DNA of 64,000 bases from Flavobacteriales bacterium (GTDB lineage Bacteria; Bacteroidota; Bacteroidia; Flavobacteriales_G; JALEGO01), in NCBI GenBank assembly GCA_020629755.1, contig JAHDCS010000001.1:72103-136102 (forward strand), written 5' to 3'. The notes beneath the pieces were generated by a model. That model was given only the letters and a program-made list of their open reading frames with translations, searched no databases and was not told the DNA's origin. This document shows positions 1 through 10,083 of the stretch, piece after piece. The position numbers and the translations under genes are program-made. The stretch's first letter is position 1. Every line of letters begins with the position of its first letter.

Positions 1-296
1 TGGCAATTGCCCTTGTGTTTTATTTAACAAAAAGCATTACAATGTTTATTGGGTTTATCCTTGTAACTGGGCTTATGCTATATGGTAATCATCAATTGTT
101 TGAAGCCCTAGATTTTTCACCTTCAGCCCTAGCAAAAGTATCATTTGCTTTATTTGTTATTGCTTGGATTGGCCAGTTTATCGGACATAAAATTGAAGGA
201 AAAAAACCTTCTTTTTTAGATGATCTTAAATTTTTAATGATTGGACCAGCCTGGCTTTTACATTTTATTTATAAAAAAGTAGGGATTCCGATTTAA
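1..296 (+). CDS. DUF962/Mpo1-like small membrane protein, 5'-partial (frame stays open to the window edge)
   Basis: ORF 15..296 starts on GTG, but the frame is open back to base 3. Hydrophobic helices and the 'GHKIEGKKPSFLDDL' motif are typical of the DUF962 (YGL010w-like) family. Confidence 0.6.
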   Translation, partial: AIALVFYLTKSITMFIGFILVTGLMLYGNHQLFEALDFSPSALAKVSFALFVIAWIGQFIGHKIEGKKPSFLDDLKFLMIGPAWLLHFIYKKVGIPI

Positions 297-2944
297 CGGA
301 TCAACATCACAAAACCGCTTCGGTCCATTTTTTCATCATCTATTACAGACCTGGCTTTAAGTTTATATAAATAAGTGCCTTGCTCTGCTTTATCTCCGTT
401 CTCAAATCGGCCATCCCAATGCTTATCAGGGTTGGTAGTTTGAAAAATACGTTTTCCCCATCTGTCATAAATGGAAAGCTCATAGCCCTTTAAGCCGTTA
501 TGGATGGGCTTCCATAAGGGATTATGCAAGTTTTCATTTGGCGTAAAGGCATTAGGAATATACAAATACACCTGAGAAATCACTGTATTGGAAACCGAAT
601 CCACACACCCCTGAAGATTCTCTCCCCAAAGCGTTACTGTATACTCGCCTACTTGCTGGTATCCATGATTTTCTATCGAGTCAGACCCTGTTGTGCCGTC
701 TCCAAAATCCCACCAAATAGACACCACGTCTTCCGACAGAGTACTCGTAAATTCTACATCATCAAGATCATAATAAGCAATATCAAAACTTACTTCTGGC
801 TGTGGCACATGTACCACAACAGTGTCTTTTATTATATTACCACATCCATCCGTAACAGTGACATAGATAACTTCGTCTTCACGTAATAAAACACTTAATC
901 TGTCTGTATTTACTGGCGCATAGCTCCATTGGTAATCAAAAGGCGCCACCCCACCTTGAAGAACTGAACCATCTATGGCTAAATACTCCCCAAAACAACC
1001 TATTAAAGAATCTGGTGCAGCCAACTCAATCGGAATATACGGATCTACCGTAACGGTAAACTGCGTAGTAGCAGTATCTTGAAAGCACTTGTCTGTTACT
1101 TCTATAGTATAGGTGGTCGTAACCAGAGGTGTATCTATGAGAACAGAATCAGATAACGTATTTTGCCATCCATCATAGGTATAAAAATAAGACCCAGAAC
1201 CGCCTTCGAAGAAAGGATTAACAGCAAACAAAGTACCAGGACAATCGTGATTGATATTATCAATAGGCAAAATTGAAATAGGATCAAAAAGCCCTACAGT
1301 GAATGTGTGCGAAGCCGTATCTGAGGGGCATAAATCAGAGACGTATAAGGTATAGGTATCTCCATTAAATACATCTATTGTTTTTCCTGTGCCGCTATTT
1401 CCCATTGCGCTTTCCCACCAATAATTATAAGGACTAACTCCACCAGAAATAGTCGGAAAAACTTCAACAGGTGTATTTTCACAGGCTTTAAAATCAGGCA
1501 CAAAAAGATCAATGGTAGGATCATAACTGGTAAGCATAACATCTTGAACACCATAATAAATGCCACACCCATCTGTCACTGTTACTACCAAAGACTGCGT
1601 GTTTGTAGTGTTTTGTAACCACACATAATTTGAATAGTCCCCTGTAGAATCTTGCACACCATTTGACCAATGGTATGTGAATCCGGGCACTCCTTGATTA
1701 ACTTGAATACCAACTTGAGTTGAATCTCCGGGGCAACCTGCCGTATCGTTTAAAGCCATCACCTCAATAGGTGGCGGATCAATAATGAACAATGAATCTA
1801 AAACTGCAGAAGTAACACAATTGCCTTCTAAAGCAAATGTAATGGTATCTACCCCTTCATCTATGCCATCAAAAATAGGCTCTATTTGTAGTATGATTTC
1901 ATCTTGCCCAACTGCAAAAGTGGCAGAATCCGGAAAATCTACATAATCTACTCCTTCAACAGCGTTGCCAGACGGTATAAAATAAAGGGTTGTCTCTTGG
2001 CTATTGTCTGATCTTTGAATAGAGACATCAATAGTACCACAGCCTTCATAAACTTGATTAGGCCCTAAATCAGGCGTAATGTATGAGGCCTGGGCAGATA
2101 TATCAATATTGGAAACCGCACTAAAACTTCCCTCTTCTAAAAGAATATACGACGGAAAGCTTTGATCGCTTCCATCAGCAATGGCCAGCTTTATATGATA
2201 GGTCTCTCCACAAATAACATCTGCTGAAGCAGTCAAAGGCACTGTGTATCCAGTAACATTAACGGCACCCGGATTAAAATTTTGAACATAAAAATTGTTG
2301 TTCAAAATTCCGTTTACTGAACTTATTGTAATAGGCAAGGGCGGATTTGAGCCTGGCACCACCGCAATATTTTGCGCCCCGTTAGGAAACCCCAGTGGGC
2401 TTTGATAAGGCCCTGTAATGCCTGGGCCTGAAATTAAAAAGGCAAACACGTCGTTAAAGCCTGTGTTTTCATAGGCTTCGTATTCTTCAGAGGTAAAAAT
2501 AAAGCGGAATTCAACATTGTCAGAAATAGCCTCAAAATCAAACTCTAGTATAGCAATATCATTTACCCCACTCACCAAAAAAGGCTGCCCAATTAATGGC
2601 GGAACAGAATTGGCAATGTCTAATAAATCTGGATCATTGACCGTATTTGGAATAATCATCCCCCCAAGACCAGGAGGTTCAATTTCAATAATATCATTCG
2701 TGCCAATAACCACTCCACTAGAAATTCCTAAATTGATGCCTGACGCATCAAAATACCCCAACTGAAGAGCCGACCCATTATAGGTGATATTTGAGGCTAC
2801 TACCCCATTCCCTAAGAGCACATTGTTCACTAAATTAGTGGCATTGTCATAATTCACAACAATTTGCCCTAGAAACATACTTTTAAGACATCCTATTAAA
2901 AAAAAGAAGGTTACAAATTTTTTCATGTTCAGTTTGTTTGTCAT
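293..2944 (-). CDS. Large secreted surface protein with a T9SS type B (gliding-motility-associated) C-terminal domain, a PKD-like domain and repeated 'GGxxPYxYxW' modules
   Basis: 883-aa ORF. N-terminal signal peptide 'MKKFVTFFFLIGCL'. PKD-like 'WDFGDGTTGSD'. C-terminus 'YIPNAFTPNENLHNPLWKP...YDRWGKRIF...WDGR' matches the type B sorting domain. Confidence 0.8.
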   Translation of the reverse strand: MTNKLNMKKFVTFFFLIGCLKSMFLGQIVVNYDNATNLVNNVLLGNGVVASNITYNGSALQLGYFDASGINLGISSGVVIGTNDIIEIEPPGLGGMIIPNTVNDPDLLDIANSVPPLIGQPFLVSGVNDIAILEFDFEAISDNVEFRFIFTSEEYEAYENTGFNDVFAFLISGPGITGPYQSPLGFPNGAQNIAVVPGSNPPLPITISSVNGILNNNFYVQNFNPGAVNVTGYTVPLTASADVICGETYHIKLAIADGSDQSFPSYILLEEGSFSAVSNIDISAQASYITPDLGPNQVYEGCGTIDVSIQRSDNSQETTLYFIPSGNAVEGVDYVDFPDSATFAVGQDEIILQIEPIFDGIDEGVDTITFALEGNCVTSAVLDSLFIIDPPPIEVMALNDTAGCPGDSTQVGIQVNQGVPGFTYHWSNGVQDSTGDYSNYVWLQNTTNTQSLVVTVTDGCGIYYGVQDVMLTSYDPTIDLFVPDFKACENTPVEVFPTISGGVSPYNYWWESAMGNSGTGKTIDVFNGDTYTLYVSDLCPSDTASHTFTVGLFDPISILPIDNINHDCPGTLFAVNPFFEGGSGSYFYTYDGWQNTLSDSVLIDTPLVTTTYTIEVTDKCFQDTATTQFTVTVDPYIPIELAAPDSLIGCFGEYLAIDGSVLQGGVAPFDYQWSYAPVNTDRLSVLLREDEVIYVTVTDGCGNIIKDTVVVHVPQPEVSFDIAYYDLDDVEFTSTLSEDVVSIWWDFGDGTTGSDSIENHGYQQVGEYTVTLWGENLQGCVDSVSNTVISQVYLYIPNAFTPNENLHNPLWKPIHNGLKGYELSIYDRWGKRIFQTTNPDKHWDGRFENGDKAEQGTYLYKLKARSVIDDEKMDRSGFVMLIR

Positions 2945-3082
2945 ACAAACGAAAAAAAATAATAAGGTTGCCTACAAAAATACGTCATTTGCAAAGGCAA
3001 CGCAATAAAAACCACTAAAATCAAAAGTTTTATGCTTAAAACTGACGAGCAACTGCTCAGAAATTTTTATTTTGAATGCATT

Positions 3083-3901
3083 ATGATGATTCGTGTATTG
3101 TTTTTTATGCTTGTTCTATCGCCACAAATCTGGGGCCAGACCAAATCACAAATGGTCTACAATAGAAATGATGGCAATCATAAGTTTTTTCCTTCTACCC
3201 TAGAGTATAATGCTTCGGGGTGGATACTCAGTGGCGGACTCACTAAAATGTTTAGCTTTCCGTCAGAAAATATTGAAACAACCATCGATGCAGACTCTGT
3301 TGTGTTTGATCTTCAAAGCCCGCTTAAGTTTTATGCAGAAATCGGACGATATAAAATCTTTAAATTTTCTCCGTTTATTCGATACCTTGACTATGGCGTT
3401 AATTACAAAGGATTGTCAGCTAACCAAAACGAAAGAACCGATTTACTATCCAGCATTCAGCCTAAAACCAACGCTTTCTACGATCATCATGTGGGCCTGC
3501 ATTTTAATTTGAATAATGTGATTGAAATTAAAAATCCACTTTTTATTCAAAATAGTTTAGGCGTTAATGTAAATTACGCGTTTTCTAAAAAAAGAGCACG
3601 CCAATCTAATTTTAGCACTCAAAGCGAAGCGTTTCCAGAGCCTGTCTTTGGACAGTTGCACTATAAGTTTTCGGTGGGATTGTTCGCCAGCAAAAAATTA
3701 CTGCTTATACCTGGTGTTGAGATCCCTGTGCTGAGTATCTGGCCTTTTAATGTGCCGTATCCAAAACTGACTTACTTTCATTCAGACTTTTACCCGGTGA
3801 TTTTTTCTTTAAAATTTATGTTTTTAAGAGACCCTTCTAAAGACTGTCCGCCGGTATTTTCACCTGGCTTACCAGACGGATACCAGCCTGGGGTTGACTA
3901 A
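3083..3901 (+). CDS. Hypothetical secreted/outer-membrane protein
   Basis: ORF 3032..3901. The internal ATG at 3083 gives the signal peptide 'MMIRVLFFMLVLSPQIWGQ'. Alternating beta-strand-like pattern; no recognised catalytic motif. Confidence 0.5.
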   Translation: MMIRVLFFMLVLSPQIWGQTKSQMVYNRNDGNHKFFPSTLEYNASGWILSGGLTKMFSFPSENIETTIDADSVVFDLQSPLKFYAEIGRYKIFKFSPFIRYLDYGVNYKGLSANQNERTDLLSSIQPKTNAFYDHHVGLHFNLNNVIEIKNPLFIQNSLGVNVNYAFSKKRARQSNFSTQSEAFPEPVFGQLHYKFSVGLFASKKLLLIPGVEIPVLSIWPFNVPYPKLTYFHSDFYPVIFSLKFMFLRDPSKDCPPVFSPGLPDGYQPGVD

Positions 3902-3977
3902 TTTTTTAACAATGCACTATGAATGTTTTTTTAGGGGGGGATGGCTTGAGCAAGAAAATCAAGATTAATTTTGCTCT

Positions 3978-4949
3978 ATGCTTCGCATTGGTGTAGTTGG
4001 ATTAGGTCATCTAGGAAAGATTCATTTAAAAGTTTTAAGTGAATTACAAGAACAGTATCAAATTGTTGGTGTATACGATTCTAAAGAAGCGCTTACTAAA
4101 ACACTCGCTAAGCAATACCACACAAAAGCGTTTGACTCAATACAAGAATTAATTGATCAATCGGATGTAGTAGATGTTGTAACGCCCACACTCACCCATT
4201 TTGATATCGCCAAAGCAGCACTCAAGCAAGGCAAACATCTATTTATTGAAAAACCCATTACATATACCCTTCTTGAAGCTGAAAAACTTTTAGAACTATC
4301 TTCTGAGGCCGGAAGTGTTGTCCAAATTGGTCATGTTGAGCGCTTTAATCCGGCTTTTAAAACGGCCCAAAAATTCATTGAAAAGCCCATTTTCATTGAA
4401 GCACACAGGTTAGCACAATTTAATCCCAGAGGCACAGATGTGTCTGTTGTCTTGGATTTGATGATTCACGATATTGACATCATTTTATCTGTGATTAAAT
4501 CCCCCATAAAAAAAATAAGCGCCACGGCTGTAAAAGTCATAAGCCCTACACCTGATATTTGCAATGCCCGATTAGAGTTTGACAATGGCGCTTGCGCTAT
4601 TCTAACGGCGAGTAGAATCTCTTCTAAAAACACAAGAAAAATCCGTTTTTTTGAACCTGAAAGATATACTTTAGCTGATTTTTTACATAAAAAAGTAAAG
4701 TTATTTGGGCTTACCGATCATCCCCCCAAAGCAGCGTCAGAGATGGCCTGGAAAATTGGCACACCAGGTGTTAATGAAAAATACGTCATTAGAGACACGC
4801 CAAACGTAATGCCTTCAAATGCTATTCAAGATGAGTTTTTAGCGCTATTCAATAGCATTATACACAAACACCCCGTTATGGTAAGTATTCAAAATGGCAT
4901 GGAGTGTTTACGAATAGCAGAAGAAATACACGAAAAAACCTTGCTATAA
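3978..4949 (+). CDS. Gfo/Idh/MocA family NAD(P)-dependent oxidoreductase
   Basis: N-terminal Rossmann motif 'IGVVGLGHLGKIH' and the 'LFIEKP' motif. Size (323 aa) is typical of the family. Confidence 0.8.
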   Translation: MLRIGVVGLGHLGKIHLKVLSELQEQYQIVGVYDSKEALTKTLAKQYHTKAFDSIQELIDQSDVVDVVTPTLTHFDIAKAALKQGKHLFIEKPITYTLLEAEKLLELSSEAGSVVQIGHVERFNPAFKTAQKFIEKPIFIEAHRLAQFNPRGTDVSVVLDLMIHDIDIILSVIKSPIKKISATAVKVISPTPDICNARLEFDNGACAILTASRISSKNTRKIRFFEPERYTLADFLHKKVKLFGLTDHPPKAASEMAWKIGTPGVNEKYVIRDTPNVMPSNAIQDEFLALFNSIIHKHPVMVSIQNGMECLRIAEEIHEKTLL

Positions 4950-6464
4950 GTCTATTCTGATCCCTGCCCTAAATCCATACACATGATGCTTTTGGTTCAG
5001 CGATCCGGTATGGTAGAAGGTTGTTCTTAAAGCATGTTTATAAAATGGTGAAATAAAGAGCGATGTCTTTGAGGTCAATGATGAGATAACCGATACTGAA
5101 GCCCACAGATTTGCATTAATAGCTTGGGTTTTTGGTGCATTAAATTGGCTTTGGTTGTCAAATAAAAAATGTCCTCTGTAATTCATTTTAGTATAAGACA
5201 GCGCAAGGCCTGCTGTTGGCTGAAGCGTAAAAACCCCCATAGGCAATGCATAAGAAAACAAGAGCGGCAATTCAACACTCTTGATGCTGTAAGTGCCATT
5301 GAGTTTTGTGAGCTCTGTATTGGTTAATACTGTTGTTAAGGTGTCAATATTTTGAATATAGGTGCTATCTCTAATAACCCTAGAATACCCATTTGCAAAA
5401 AGGGTTTCTACTCCATTAATCTCGACTGTTGCATCTTGCCAAACAACAGAATCTTTAACAGAATAATAACTATTGTCGACCATCTGATGTTCAGTATAGG
5501 TAAAAGGTGTGTAGGCTATTTTTTCTTTCAAATTCTGATACTCGATACCCGTTGACATAGACCACCTTTTATGGAGTGTTTTAGATAGTAGTATTCCGCC
5601 GCCGCTCCCTAATTGAGCGCTCTCTTCTTGCGTCTTTTTTTGTTTTATTTGAGCTGAAAAACTTGGATTATAATCTGTAAATTTCATAGATGTATTCAAT
5701 AAAGCATAAACATCAAGCGTCCGTTCGGGATTCTTCTGTGCATCAAAACTCAGGGGCTCTTGTAAAGCCATCTCTGGGGTAAAAAAAGAAACAGCAAGGG
5801 GCTGAATGTTTTGATTGTCTATACGCATTACCCTTTGCGCATGTACGACTTGAGCACCTCTCTCCCAATGGCCCGTATTTATGTTGTTTGCCCGATTAGC
5901 CAAGGTGTTGTTGTTTACACTACCGTACTCTTTTTCAATATTACTCTTTGGCTTACCTGTATATTTTTTAGGTTCTGTATTTACACTTTCTTTTAACTCA
6001 CTCAAACCTTTTGTAGTTGTCATTACATTTTGAATAGCCTCACCGCTTTTCTTTGCCTGCTCTGTGCTTTGATTAAGTTTTTTATTTGGGGGGGATTTAG
6101 ATGCTTTCTGGATCTTAGTATTCAGATGTGCTTCTTTTGGCATGAAAGCTCCCTGTTTTTCTTTAACAGATAGGATACTGCGCTCTTCTTGATGCTTGTT
6201 TTGATTCAAATGATTGTTTGTTTTTAAAGCGTGTGAATGAGGATTTACTATATCAGTATTCTTATTTTCTCTTGAAAAAAAGAAAAACATCAGTCCTGAA
6301 CATACAAGACCGGTAAAGAAAAAATAAAGAAACCCTCTTTTATTAGATCTCTTATTCTGGTGGATCTGAATTTTCTCATAGACCTCATCAAAGTAGGCGT
6401 CTTTAAATTCAAATTGTTTGTGTAAGAATTCGTCTTTTATTTTATCTTCAAAGTTTTTCATCAT
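4944..6464 (-). CDS. Putative anti-sigma factor / membrane-anchored protein with a C-terminal beta-barrel-like domain
   Basis: Start overlaps the stop of the upstream ECF sigma gene by 4 nt. Short cytoplasmic N-terminus, one TM helix 'GFLYFFFTGLVCSGLMFFFF', a K/N/Q/S-rich low-complexity linker, then an aromatic-terminated beta-strand-rich C-terminus ending 'GFRAGIRIDL'. Confidence 0.5.
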   Translation of the reverse strand: MMKNFEDKIKDEFLHKQFEFKDAYFDEVYEKIQIHQNKRSNKRGFLYFFFTGLVCSGLMFFFFSRENKNTDIVNPHSHALKTNNHLNQNKHQEERSILSVKEKQGAFMPKEAHLNTKIQKASKSPPNKKLNQSTEQAKKSGEAIQNVMTTTKGLSELKESVNTEPKKYTGKPKSNIEKEYGSVNNNTLANRANNINTGHWERGAQVVHAQRVMRIDNQNIQPLAVSFFTPEMALQEPLSFDAQKNPERTLDVYALLNTSMKFTDYNPSFSAQIKQKKTQEESAQLGSGGGILLSKTLHKRWSMSTGIEYQNLKEKIAYTPFTYTEHQMVDNSYYSVKDSVVWQDATVEINGVETLFANGYSRVIRDSTYIQNIDTLTTVLTNTELTKLNGTYSIKSVELPLLFSYALPMGVFTLQPTAGLALSYTKMNYRGHFLFDNQSQFNAPKTQAINANLWASVSVISSLTSKTSLFISPFYKHALRTTFYHTGSLNQKHHVYGFRAGIRIDL

Positions 6465-7033
6465 AAGAATAGGATTAAGATTAAAACAAAATCTGTTGAA
6501 AGAAGTGCTGCACTTAGTTTTTCTTTCATGTTTTTTTTCGCTTCGCTCAAATAGCGTTTTGAGCTTCTCTCAGAAATACTGAGTTCTTGTGCAATGTCTT
6601 TATGTGAAAACCCTTCTAAAAAAAACATGTGAAATACCCTTTTTTGTTCTATACTCAATGTCAGAAGAGCATTTTCAATGTCTTGGCTTTGATTTGAACT
6701 CTTATTTTCTTTAGATAAAAAATACTCTAATGTATCTTGATCAATTCCTAGGGCTGTTTTTTCATTATACAACTTTTCCCTTCTTATTTTATCTATTGCA
6801 CATCTAGAGGTAATTTTCTTGGCCCAAGCTACAATATCTTTACTTGTATCAAAAGTCTTAAGATTTACAATAAGTTTAAAAAAGGCATCGTTAATTACCT
6901 CGACACTTTTTTGTTCATCTCTCAGATACCAAAAAGCAGTCCGCATCAAGTCTTGAAACAGAAATTTATAAAGCGCATACTGCGCTTTTTTTTCTTCTCT
7001 AAGACACCCTTGTATTAGCGTATTGATTTTCAT
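6461..7033 (-). CDS. RNA polymerase ECF-type sigma-70 family factor
   Basis: 190 aa. Region 2-like 'DAFFKLIVNL...W..KI' and region 4 HTH 'GFSHKDIAQELSISERSSKRYLSEAKK'. Confidence 0.8.
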   Translation of the reverse strand: MKINTLIQGCLREEKKAQYALYKFLFQDLMRTAFWYLRDEQKSVEVINDAFFKLIVNLKTFDTSKDIVAWAKKITSRCAIDKIRREKLYNEKTALGIDQDTLEYFLSKENKSSNQSQDIENALLTLSIEQKRVFHMFFLEGFSHKDIAQELSISERSSKRYLSEAKKNMKEKLSAALLSTDFVLILILFL

Positions 7034-7066
7034 AAAAAAAGCCCAGATCTATCAAAATCTGGGCTT
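7034..7066 (-). terminator. Rho-independent terminator after the 7078..8718 gene, directly abutting the sigma-factor start codon
   Basis: On the minus strand: stem gcccagat/atctgggc (8 bp), 8-nt loop, followed by a run of 7 T. Confidence 0.6.
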
Positions 7067-7077
7067 TATGTATAGTG

Positions 7078-8718
7078 TTATTGTTTCACGATTTGTTTTA
7101 CAAAATTACCACTATCTGAAACGATCGACAAAATATAAATCCCTTTAGGCAATACGGAAAGATCTAAGATGTAATTATTTTGAGAGATCCTATTTGTTTT
7201 ATCAAACACCTGCTTGCCATAGAGGTCATAGATAGTCATCTGCACAAAACTATGATTTGCGTTTAATAATGAAACATTCAACGTTTCTTTGATTGGATTT
7301 GGATAAACCTCAGCCTCTAATTGCTTTTGCTCACTTACAGAAGTCAGTACATTTAAATCGCTGATTACATTTAAGGTGAATCCACTTGCCAGCTTTCCTG
7401 AAATAAAATTACCCGCAGAATCAATCCCTATTGAATCACAAAAGGTTGAGGTGCAGTTAATATTGGTATCATATGCTGTCACGCAAACAGTATACACACC
7501 CGGATTTACATATGTATGTGAAGGATACGGGTCTGTAGAACTATTGCCATCACCAAAATCCCATATATACGATAGGTTACTGTCTGATAAGTTAATTAAA
7601 TACAATTCAAAAGGGCTGTTGGCGTTGTGATGGGTTAAAAAAGCAGCATCACACGCTCCAGCATTGGGGTTATAATAATAACATTGTGTAGCCACGCATC
7701 CTGAAAGAATATTTGTAATAGTAACGCAGTATACTCCTGGATCATTTACCGAAAGAATATCCCCAGAATCTCCGGTATTCCACAAATACTCTAATTGCGT
7801 GTTATTAGGAAATCCTGGTGAATTTGAATAATAATCAGCCTCTAAAGCCGGAAAGGTTGTCGTTGAACTTGGGTAAACTACTGCATAACACGATAACTGT
7901 GTGGTGTCATCGACTGTCACACAAACCGTATCAAATCCTTGGCAGCCAACTGCATCTGTAACAGTTAAAGAATAGCAGGTTGAACTATCTACGGTAGCAA
8001 ATGGATTAGCTATTGTATTACTTGTCACATAAGGACTTGGAGACCAAGTATAAGTAAACGGGGCATTATTGCCTAACGCGGTAGGATTACCTCCTAATTG
8101 CACTTGAAGACCTGAATTATATATAGTCACATCCTCACCGGCATCTACCACAACACAAGGCCCATTTGAAGGCACATATGTAAAACAAGACACATCAGAA
8201 CACCCCATTACATCAGTGATAGTCACACAATATTGCCCGGTACTATTAGTATAAAGTATAGAATCATTAGACCCATCAGACCATTGGTATGTGTAGGATC
8301 CAAGACCTCCTGACCCACTTGCTAAAAATACAGAATCTGATATTGACACCACTTCTACCTCAACAGGTGTGCCTAAACTTGGGCAAGGACCTACAGGCTC
8401 ATAGTAAAAACAGGCATAGGCTGAACATCCTGAAGCAGAATCTGTTGCGGTTACACAATAATTGCCTTCTAAATTAGCTTGTACAGTTTGTGTATATGCA
8501 ACACTTGAATCTGGCAAAATCCACTGATAAGTAAACGGATAAGGCAAGATAGGCGGATTCAACATAAAATCAGCATCTAAATACGTTAAGCCACCATAGG
8601 TAGTATCATTTATTTGAACATCGCATTGCGTTTGAGAAAAAATTTGAGCACAAAAAAACAAGCTCAATAAAGAGGTGTATAAAATTTTCATTCTTTTAAA
8701 ATTTAAGTTTCTATACAC
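7078..8718 (-). CDS. T9SS type A sorting-domain surface protein with a PKD domain and Cys-rich 'YTYQWSDGS'-type repeats
   Basis: Signal peptide 'MKILYTSLLSLFFCAQIFSQ'. PKD motif 'WDFGDGNSSTD'. C-terminus 'VYPNPIKETLNV...IYDLYGKQV...LPKGIYIL' is Por_Secre_tail-like. Confidence 0.8.
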   Translation of the reverse strand: MYRNLNFKRMKILYTSLLSLFFCAQIFSQTQCDVQINDTTYGGLTYLDADFMLNPPILPYPFTYQWILPDSSVAYTQTVQANLEGNYCVTATDSASGCSAYACFYYEPVGPCPSLGTPVEVEVVSISDSVFLASGSGGLGSYTYQWSDGSNDSILYTNSTGQYCVTITDVMGCSDVSCFTYVPSNGPCVVVDAGEDVTIYNSGLQVQLGGNPTALGNNAPFTYTWSPSPYVTSNTIANPFATVDSSTCYSLTVTDAVGCQGFDTVCVTVDDTTQLSCYAVVYPSSTTTFPALEADYYSNSPGFPNNTQLEYLWNTGDSGDILSVNDPGVYCVTITNILSGCVATQCYYYNPNAGACDAAFLTHHNANSPFELYLINLSDSNLSYIWDFGDGNSSTDPYPSHTYVNPGVYTVCVTAYDTNINCTSTFCDSIGIDSAGNFISGKLASGFTLNVISDLNVLTSVSEQKQLEAEVYPNPIKETLNVSLLNANHSFVQMTIYDLYGKQVFDKTNRISQNNYILDLSVLPKGIYILSIVSDSGNFVKQIVKQ

Positions 8719-8788
8719 CTATACGTTAAGGATTCAGAAAAAGGGCCAAAAAAATATCTTTTTTTCAGTCATTTCTTATTTTTGTGTC

Positions 8789-10054
8789 GTGGAACTATAT
8801 GCCAAAGCCTTACTTTATGCCATTCCTTTCTTTTTAATCCTCATTTTTATTGAAGAAGTAGTAGCGCGTGTGATGGGCAAAAAAGTAAACCACTCTTTAG
8901 ACACTGTCTCTTCTTTGAGCTCTGGAATGACCAATACCTTAAAAAAACTATTGGGCTTAAGCATCGTTATTTTTAGTTATGATTTTTTTGTAGAACACCT
9001 TGCTTTGTTTACTATAGAATCAAAGCCTATCAATTATATTTTAGCCTTTATAGGTCTTGATTTCGCAGGTTATTGGGGGCATCGTTTTAACCATAAGATT
9101 AATGTGCTTTGGAATCGGCACATTATTCACCACAGTTCAGAAGAATTCAATCTGGCTTGCGCCCTTAGACAAAGCGTTTCTGAAACCGTTGCTATTTACA
9201 CCTTTTTAGGCATTCCGATGGCTATAATCGGAATTCCTTATCAAATTATTGTTACCATCGCGCCCATTCATTTATTCGCGCAATTCTGGTATCACACTCG
9301 GCTTATTGATAAAATGGGTGTTTTAGAATATCTTATTGTGACCCCTTCTCATCATCGTGTACACCATGCGATTAATCCAGAATACATCGACAAGAATTTT
9401 GCGCAAATTTTTATTATTTGGGATAAACTTTTCGGAACGTTTCAAAAAGAAGAAAACCACATCCCCCCAGTATACGGCATTACAAGACCTGTGGGCACCT
9501 GGAACCCTATTTTAATCAATTACCAACACATGTGGCTGTTGCTAAAAGATGCCTTTCACACCAAAAGCCTTAAAGAAAAGCTAAGCCTCTGGTTTAAACC
9601 TACTGGATATAGGCCAAATGATGTCAAAGATTTATATCCCCCCGAAAAAATAGACGACCCTTACAAACAAATTAAATATTCCTCAGAGCCCGACGGTCTT
9701 TTACATGCCTACAGCTGGATGCAGCTGATCATTCACAATATACTTTTAGTACATCTTTTATCTAGTGTCTCAATGCTTTCAAAACAAGCGCTTTCTTTAT
9801 ATGTGATTTTTCTTTTTGTGTCTGTGTTTGCCTTTACGAGCATTATGGATAGGCGTTTAATAGGCAAAGTATTTGAAGGCTTAAAGCTTGTTATGGCGGT
9901 CTGCATTTTATTTTACTTCAAAGATTGGTTTGGGCTTTCTAGTATTTTTTCTGTCGGATTATTTTTACTGGGCGGATATCTTTTGCTTTCATTTATATTA
10001 GGAATGATCATCCGGCCTATTTCTGTAAATAAAACACCCGGAATATTGACATAA
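8789..10054 (+). CDS. Sterol desaturase / fatty-acid hydroxylase family membrane protein
   Basis: Histidine boxes 'HRFNHK', 'HIIHHSSEE' and 'HHRVHH'. The track ORF starts at 8675 but overlaps the convergent upstream gene; the in-frame GTG at 8789 ('ELYAKALLYAIPFF') is the more plausible start. Confidence 0.75.
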   Translation: MELYAKALLYAIPFFLILIFIEEVVARVMGKKVNHSLDTVSSLSSGMTNTLKKLLGLSIVIFSYDFFVEHLALFTIESKPINYILAFIGLDFAGYWGHRFNHKINVLWNRHIIHHSSEEFNLACALRQSVSETVAIYTFLGIPMAIIGIPYQIIVTIAPIHLFAQFWYHTRLIDKMGVLEYLIVTPSHHRVHHAINPEYIDKNFAQIFIIWDKLFGTFQKEENHIPPVYGITRPVGTWNPILINYQHMWLLLKDAFHTKSLKEKLSLWFKPTGYRPNDVKDLYPPEKIDDPYKQIKYSSEPDGLLHAYSWMQLIIHNILLVHLLSSVSMLSKQALSLYVIFLFVSVFAFTSIMDRRLIGKVFEGLKLVMAVCILFYFKDWFGLSSIFSVGLFLLGGYLLLSFILGMIIRPISVNKTPGILT

Positions 10055-10083
10055 ATCTAAGGGTTTACTACCTTTACTGCGCA

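Noticed and set aside
524-886. 120-aa ORF (together with 1375..1572 and 2517..2765) inside or antisense to the 883-aa T9SS gene
   Set aside because: It is fully nested in a much longer ORF with clear domain signatures. Its composition is low-complexity and mirrors the opposite strand, and there is no independent motif support. The same reasoning applies to the other nested antisense ORFs in the track (for example 11483..11722, 13079..13336, 13919..14197, 28278..29117, 37440..37691, 41074..41301, 51137..51958, 62644..62973).
8675-8788. Extended N-terminus of the sterol-desaturase ORF
   Set aside because: It would overlap the convergent start region of 7078..8718 and encodes non-conserved sequence. 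The GTG at 8789 gives a typical family N-terminus.
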